This document shows positions 34,070 through 36,726 of a stretch of 36,726 nucleotides of DNA, piece after piece; position 1 is the stretch's first letter; the number at the start of each line of letters is the position of its first letter. Location: IMG/VR virus record IMGVR_UViG_3300025018_000306, positions 1 through 36,726 of that record; one strand, given 5' to 3'. Under the pieces are notes generated by a model. The model saw nothing but the letters and a program-made list of their open reading frames with translations. It was not told where the DNA came from and searched no databases. Source of the DNA: a virus (lineage: Duplodnaviria; Caudoviricetes). The position numbers and the translations under genes are program-made.

Positions 34070-34128
34070 TAGTTTTCTATACTATTTTATGTTTTTTTAT
34101 AGTTTCTGTGTAGTAGTTTTGGGGTAAA

Positions 34129-34419
34129 CTACTTAAAATCTGCTTGAACCAGGGCCACAATCTCGGCGCACTTGTCCGGCTTGAATCCACAGTTTAGCGC
34201 GTCATTGCAGCGGCCCCGATGGGTGCAGGCTTTATTATGCGGGCTGTCGATGACTTGCTTCCCGAATCGCTTTGTATTTGAAACGGTCGACGCTATGCGA
34301 TGGGCCACTTCGAAACTGTTGATATCCACCGGCAACCCGCAAGCTTGGCAGATCCCACCGTCCCGGCTGTAGATTGATAGGCGCTCTTCGTGCAAGGCTA
34401 GTTTCTGGCGGTCGGTCAT
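34129..34419 (-). CDS. HNH-like endonuclease
   Basis: IYSRDGGICQACG...EVAHRI...N...TH...CN. Confidence 0.75.
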   Translation of the reverse strand: MTDRQKLALHEERLSIYSRDGGICQACGLPVDINSFEVAHRIASTVSNTKRFGKQVIDSPHNKACTHRGRCNDALNCGFKPDKCAEIVALVQADFK

Positions 34420-34652
34420 GATTCGTCATTATTTTTCCCGCAAAACGGGCAGAATGTCCCGCCTATAGGGTGGTCGTGCGGCTTGGTAAAAGATCCGTCT
34501 TTTTTCTTGTCTCTGTATTCGCAATACATGGAAACATAAAACGACATCTTTCCTGTTTCGCGATTGATTGAGTAAGACACTTTGACCTTTGCTTCTGGGT
34601 CGCCTGATCTCTCGGCCAGCATTGCGTTAAACTCTTCAATACATTTGCACAT
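34416..34652 (-). CDS. Hypothetical protein (MCKCIEE...FCPFCG)
   Basis: AGGAGG RBS before the ATG at 34652; terminal CPFCG. Confidence 0.7.
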   Translation of the reverse strand: MCKCIEEFNAMLAERSGDPEAKVKVSYSINRETGKMSFYVSMYCEYRDKKKDGSFTKPHDHPIGGTFCPFCGKNNDES

Positions 34653-34654
34653 CT

Positions 34655-35098
34655 TCAATCCTCCTGTAAAACTATCCCCAGCTCCCCGGCCAGGATATGC
34701 GCTTCCTCGATACACCATGAGCATTGCAGGCTGTCCATGTCGGCCTCACTGATCGGCATGGCTAGGCCATCGGCCAAAGAGTAGACGATTGATCCATCCG
34801 GGCGCTGCTTGAGTGGCAAACCTCGGCTGATTGCCTTGCGCTTGATGTACAATTTCACATCGGCAAAGTCGTTCCCGGTTTCGTTGGCTATCTGTTGTGC
34901 ATGGCCGTTGAAATGAGCGTTGGCTGATCGGTAGCCGGTCGACCGTAGCTTGCGGTATTTCTTGATTTCGACCGTGTACAGGCCATCGCCGATTTCCTTG
35001 ATGAGCCGTGCGTACTCTTGACGATAGATAGGCGGCACCTCGAAAGACACCGCGTCGGCCGTGCCTGTTTTTATCCGGGATACCGCCTTAAGTTTCAT
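34655..35098 (-). CDS. Recombination-module protein (NinB-like, tentative)
   Basis: RS...NAHFNGHAQQIANETG...SEADMD...ELGIVL; coupled to the exonuclease gene. Confidence 0.55.
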   Translation of the reverse strand: MKLKAVSRIKTGTADAVSFEVPPIYRQEYARLIKEIGDGLYTVEIKKYRKLRSTGYRSANAHFNGHAQQIANETGNDFADVKLYIKRKAISRGLPLKQRPDGSIVYSLADGLAMPISEADMDSLQCSWCIEEAHILAGELGIVLQED

Positions 35099-35712
35099 TC
35101 CATCTTCCTCAGCTTTTCGGTCAGTTCGTCAAGCTCGGCCATAAACCGCTTGATACCATCGGTTACCAGTTGTACCGGCAATTCTGCCCGTGTGAACCGC
35201 TTGCACCAGTAGCAGAGATTGTCTGGCAAAGCGGGGTCGAACGATACAAAGTCCCACCATTCGGCCTCAAAGTTGATAAGGTTTCCGGTCATCTGGTAAA
35301 TGTATGGAGTGTCAATCTTGCCTGTCATCATGGTTTTGAAGTGCTTCTTTGTCTTTGGGCATTTGACCTCAAGCCCGCCGCCGGGAAGGATCAGCCCATC
35401 GGGTGAGGCCCAGAATCCGGGGATCGGGCCATCGTCTTTGCCGGGATGCTCTGTCACGATCTGGCCGGTTTTGACTTCGTAGGTGCCACGTGCAAGCGCT
35501 TCATTCTCTGTCCCGTCCTCGATCCATGACGGGGCGCGGTGGAATTGCTCGTATGGCTTGCCGGTCAATCGCTCACATACCAGCTCATACAGGTAATCCT
35601 CACGCGTGGTTGCCATTGCGGAACCTTTGCCCTCGGCGAGCATGTCGGATATCCGGGAGGCTGAGGGCTTGCCAAGCCGGGCGGCTCTCCATTCGTCGGT
35701 TCCCTGGATCAT
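35095..35712 (-). CDS. YqaJ / lambda-exonuclease-family protein
   Basis: QGTDEWRAARLGKPSAS...GTENE..AR...ASPDGL...LEVKCP...YQM...WDFVSF. Confidence 0.93.
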   Translation of the reverse strand: MIQGTDEWRAARLGKPSASRISDMLAEGKGSAMATTREDYLYELVCERLTGKPYEQFHRAPSWIEDGTENEALARGTYEVKTGQIVTEHPGKDDGPIPGFWASPDGLILPGGGLEVKCPKTKKHFKTMMTGKIDTPYIYQMTGNLINFEAEWWDFVSFDPALPDNLCYWCKRFTRAELPVQLVTDGIKRFMAELDELTEKLRKME

Positions 35713-36452
35713 GGCTGCAACCTCTTGATAAGATCATTTTTGACGGCAAGCAGGCGGGATTGACCGGGCTTGTCATTGGTAAGGGATTTGAAATGGCGTA
35801 TGTAGACATCCATCAGGGCTTTCTGGCTTTGCTGTTCGGCCATCTCCTCAATCATTGGCCTGAGCTTGTCCTCACTGGCTACGTCGGCAACCTGGCCGTC
35901 CTCATCCTCGCCCTCGATCACCAGCCCGAAACCAGCCTTAAAGGTATACCGCTGGCCGTAGGTACTCATCATTCCGGCGGTCTGGACAAGGTTGGTTACC
36001 GCGTTTCCGGACCGGGAAGTTATCTGTGGAAGCTGTGGGACGTCAAAACTGTTTGAACGCACATGCCCATAGCCGAATATGTCCATGTATACGCGCTTGC
36101 CCTCTGATATTGCTTCCTCCCGCCACGAATAAGAAAAGCCGTGCTGATAAATAACCGGGTCGCACCTGCGCTGGAGCTGTTCAAGCGGGGCATAGCTGTA
36201 CGCCTTCTGGCCTCCGATTGCGACATCCTTTGCCTTTATGATCGTCGGCAGCTTACCGCGCATTCGGCTAAACTCTTCCTCGAACCGGATACGCGCCTGC
36301 CGTTCTTCCTCGGACTTAAGCAGGGCGATGTACCGCTCAAGTACTTCGATGTTCCCGGATTCAAGCACTTTCTCAAGCAGGCGCTCTTGCTGGCTTTGCT
36401 CGGTCTGGATTGTCACAGCCGTTTCCGGCTTTGAATCAAATAAATCTCCCAC
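35709..36452 (-). CDS. ERF-family single-strand annealing protein
   Basis: YSYAPLEQL...HGFSYSW...Q..G...TYGQRYT...EDEDG. Confidence 0.85.
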   Translation of the reverse strand: MGDLFDSKPETAVTIQTEQSQQERLLEKVLESGNIEVLERYIALLKSEEERQARIRFEEEFSRMRGKLPTIIKAKDVAIGGQKAYSYAPLEQLQRRCDPVIYQHGFSYSWREEAISEGKRVYMDIFGYGHVRSNSFDVPQLPQITSRSGNAVTNLVQTAGMMSTYGQRYTFKAGFGLVIEGEDEDGQVADVASEDKLRPMIEEMAEQQSQKALMDVYIRHFKSLTNDKPGQSRLLAVKNDLIKRLQP

Positions 36453-36476
36453 TGTTTCCTCCTCAGGATACCATCA

Positions 36477-36504
36477 AGTCTAGCACTTATTTATATATTG
36501 TCAA
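36477..36504 (-). promoter_or_regulatory. Promoter for the recombination operon
   Basis: TTGACA-16bp-TAGACT with TG extended -10. Confidence 0.65.
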
Positions 36505-36531
36505 GTGTTTTTTATGGGTTTGTATTGCCTT

Positions 36532-36726
36532 TTACTTAAAATCGAACTCTGGTGTCTCAATTTCCATGGCTGCTTCCTTGAGATATTTCAAGCCGTCGTA
36601 GTATGAATCCGGGTTCAATTCCACGCCGATACCGCGACGGCCCATCTTGATTGCCATGTATGGCACAGTGAAAAGCCCTGCGAACGGGTCCATAACCAGG
36701 TCGCCTTTGTTGGAGTATCTTTCAAT
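36532..36726 (-). CDS. C-terminal end of the helicase-methyltransferase (continues from 2431 across the junction)
   Basis: Reads ...DPFAGLFT...ELNPDSYYDGLKYLKEAAMEIETPEFDFK-stop. Confidence 0.85.
   Translation of the reverse strand: MERYSNKGDLVMDPFAGLFTVPYMAIKMGRRGIGVELNPDSYYDGLKYLKEAAMEIETPEFDFK
36587..36726. repeat. Terminal direct repeat, right copy
   Basis: Matches 1-139 with one extra A at 36600. Confidence 0.95.

Noticed and set aside
1-36726. CRISPR array, alternative genetic code, introns or inteins
   Set aside because: No spaced repeats were seen; core genes are full length in the standard code and of normal size.

Overview
The window is an apparently complete, circularly permuted ~36.6 kb siphovirus-type phage genome; its ends overlap by about 140 bp. 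Almost all genes are on the minus strand. From right to left: recombination (ERF-like annealase, YqaJ exonuclease, HNH), replication (SSB, replisome organizer, DnaB), ParB-like gene, two tRNA/tRNA-like genes, a ParB-N / Mom-like adenine modification cassette, packaging and head, a lambda-like non-contractile tail, a lysis cassette, a two-gene plus-strand moron, small early genes, and a helicase-methyltransferase fusion that spans the ends. I recognise no integrase or CI repressor. A DUF261-like lysis gene tentatively suggests a spirochaete host. The top finding is a complete but non-canonical tRNA-Gly-like cloverleaf inside the 3' end of the Mom-like gene. It keeps GlyRS identity elements but has an 8-nt anticodon loop, a T-stem bulge and A8, which makes it a candidate dedicated glycyl donor for DNA hypermodification. 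Other highlights are three promoter-leader RNAs with covarying loop-loop complementarity to their own terminators (C4/CI-like), a fully overprinted pair of coiled-coil membrane genes at the spanin position with no clear lipobox, and a truncated terS-like remnant at the edge of the mom cassette. All family assignments come from motif recognition by eye, not database searches.
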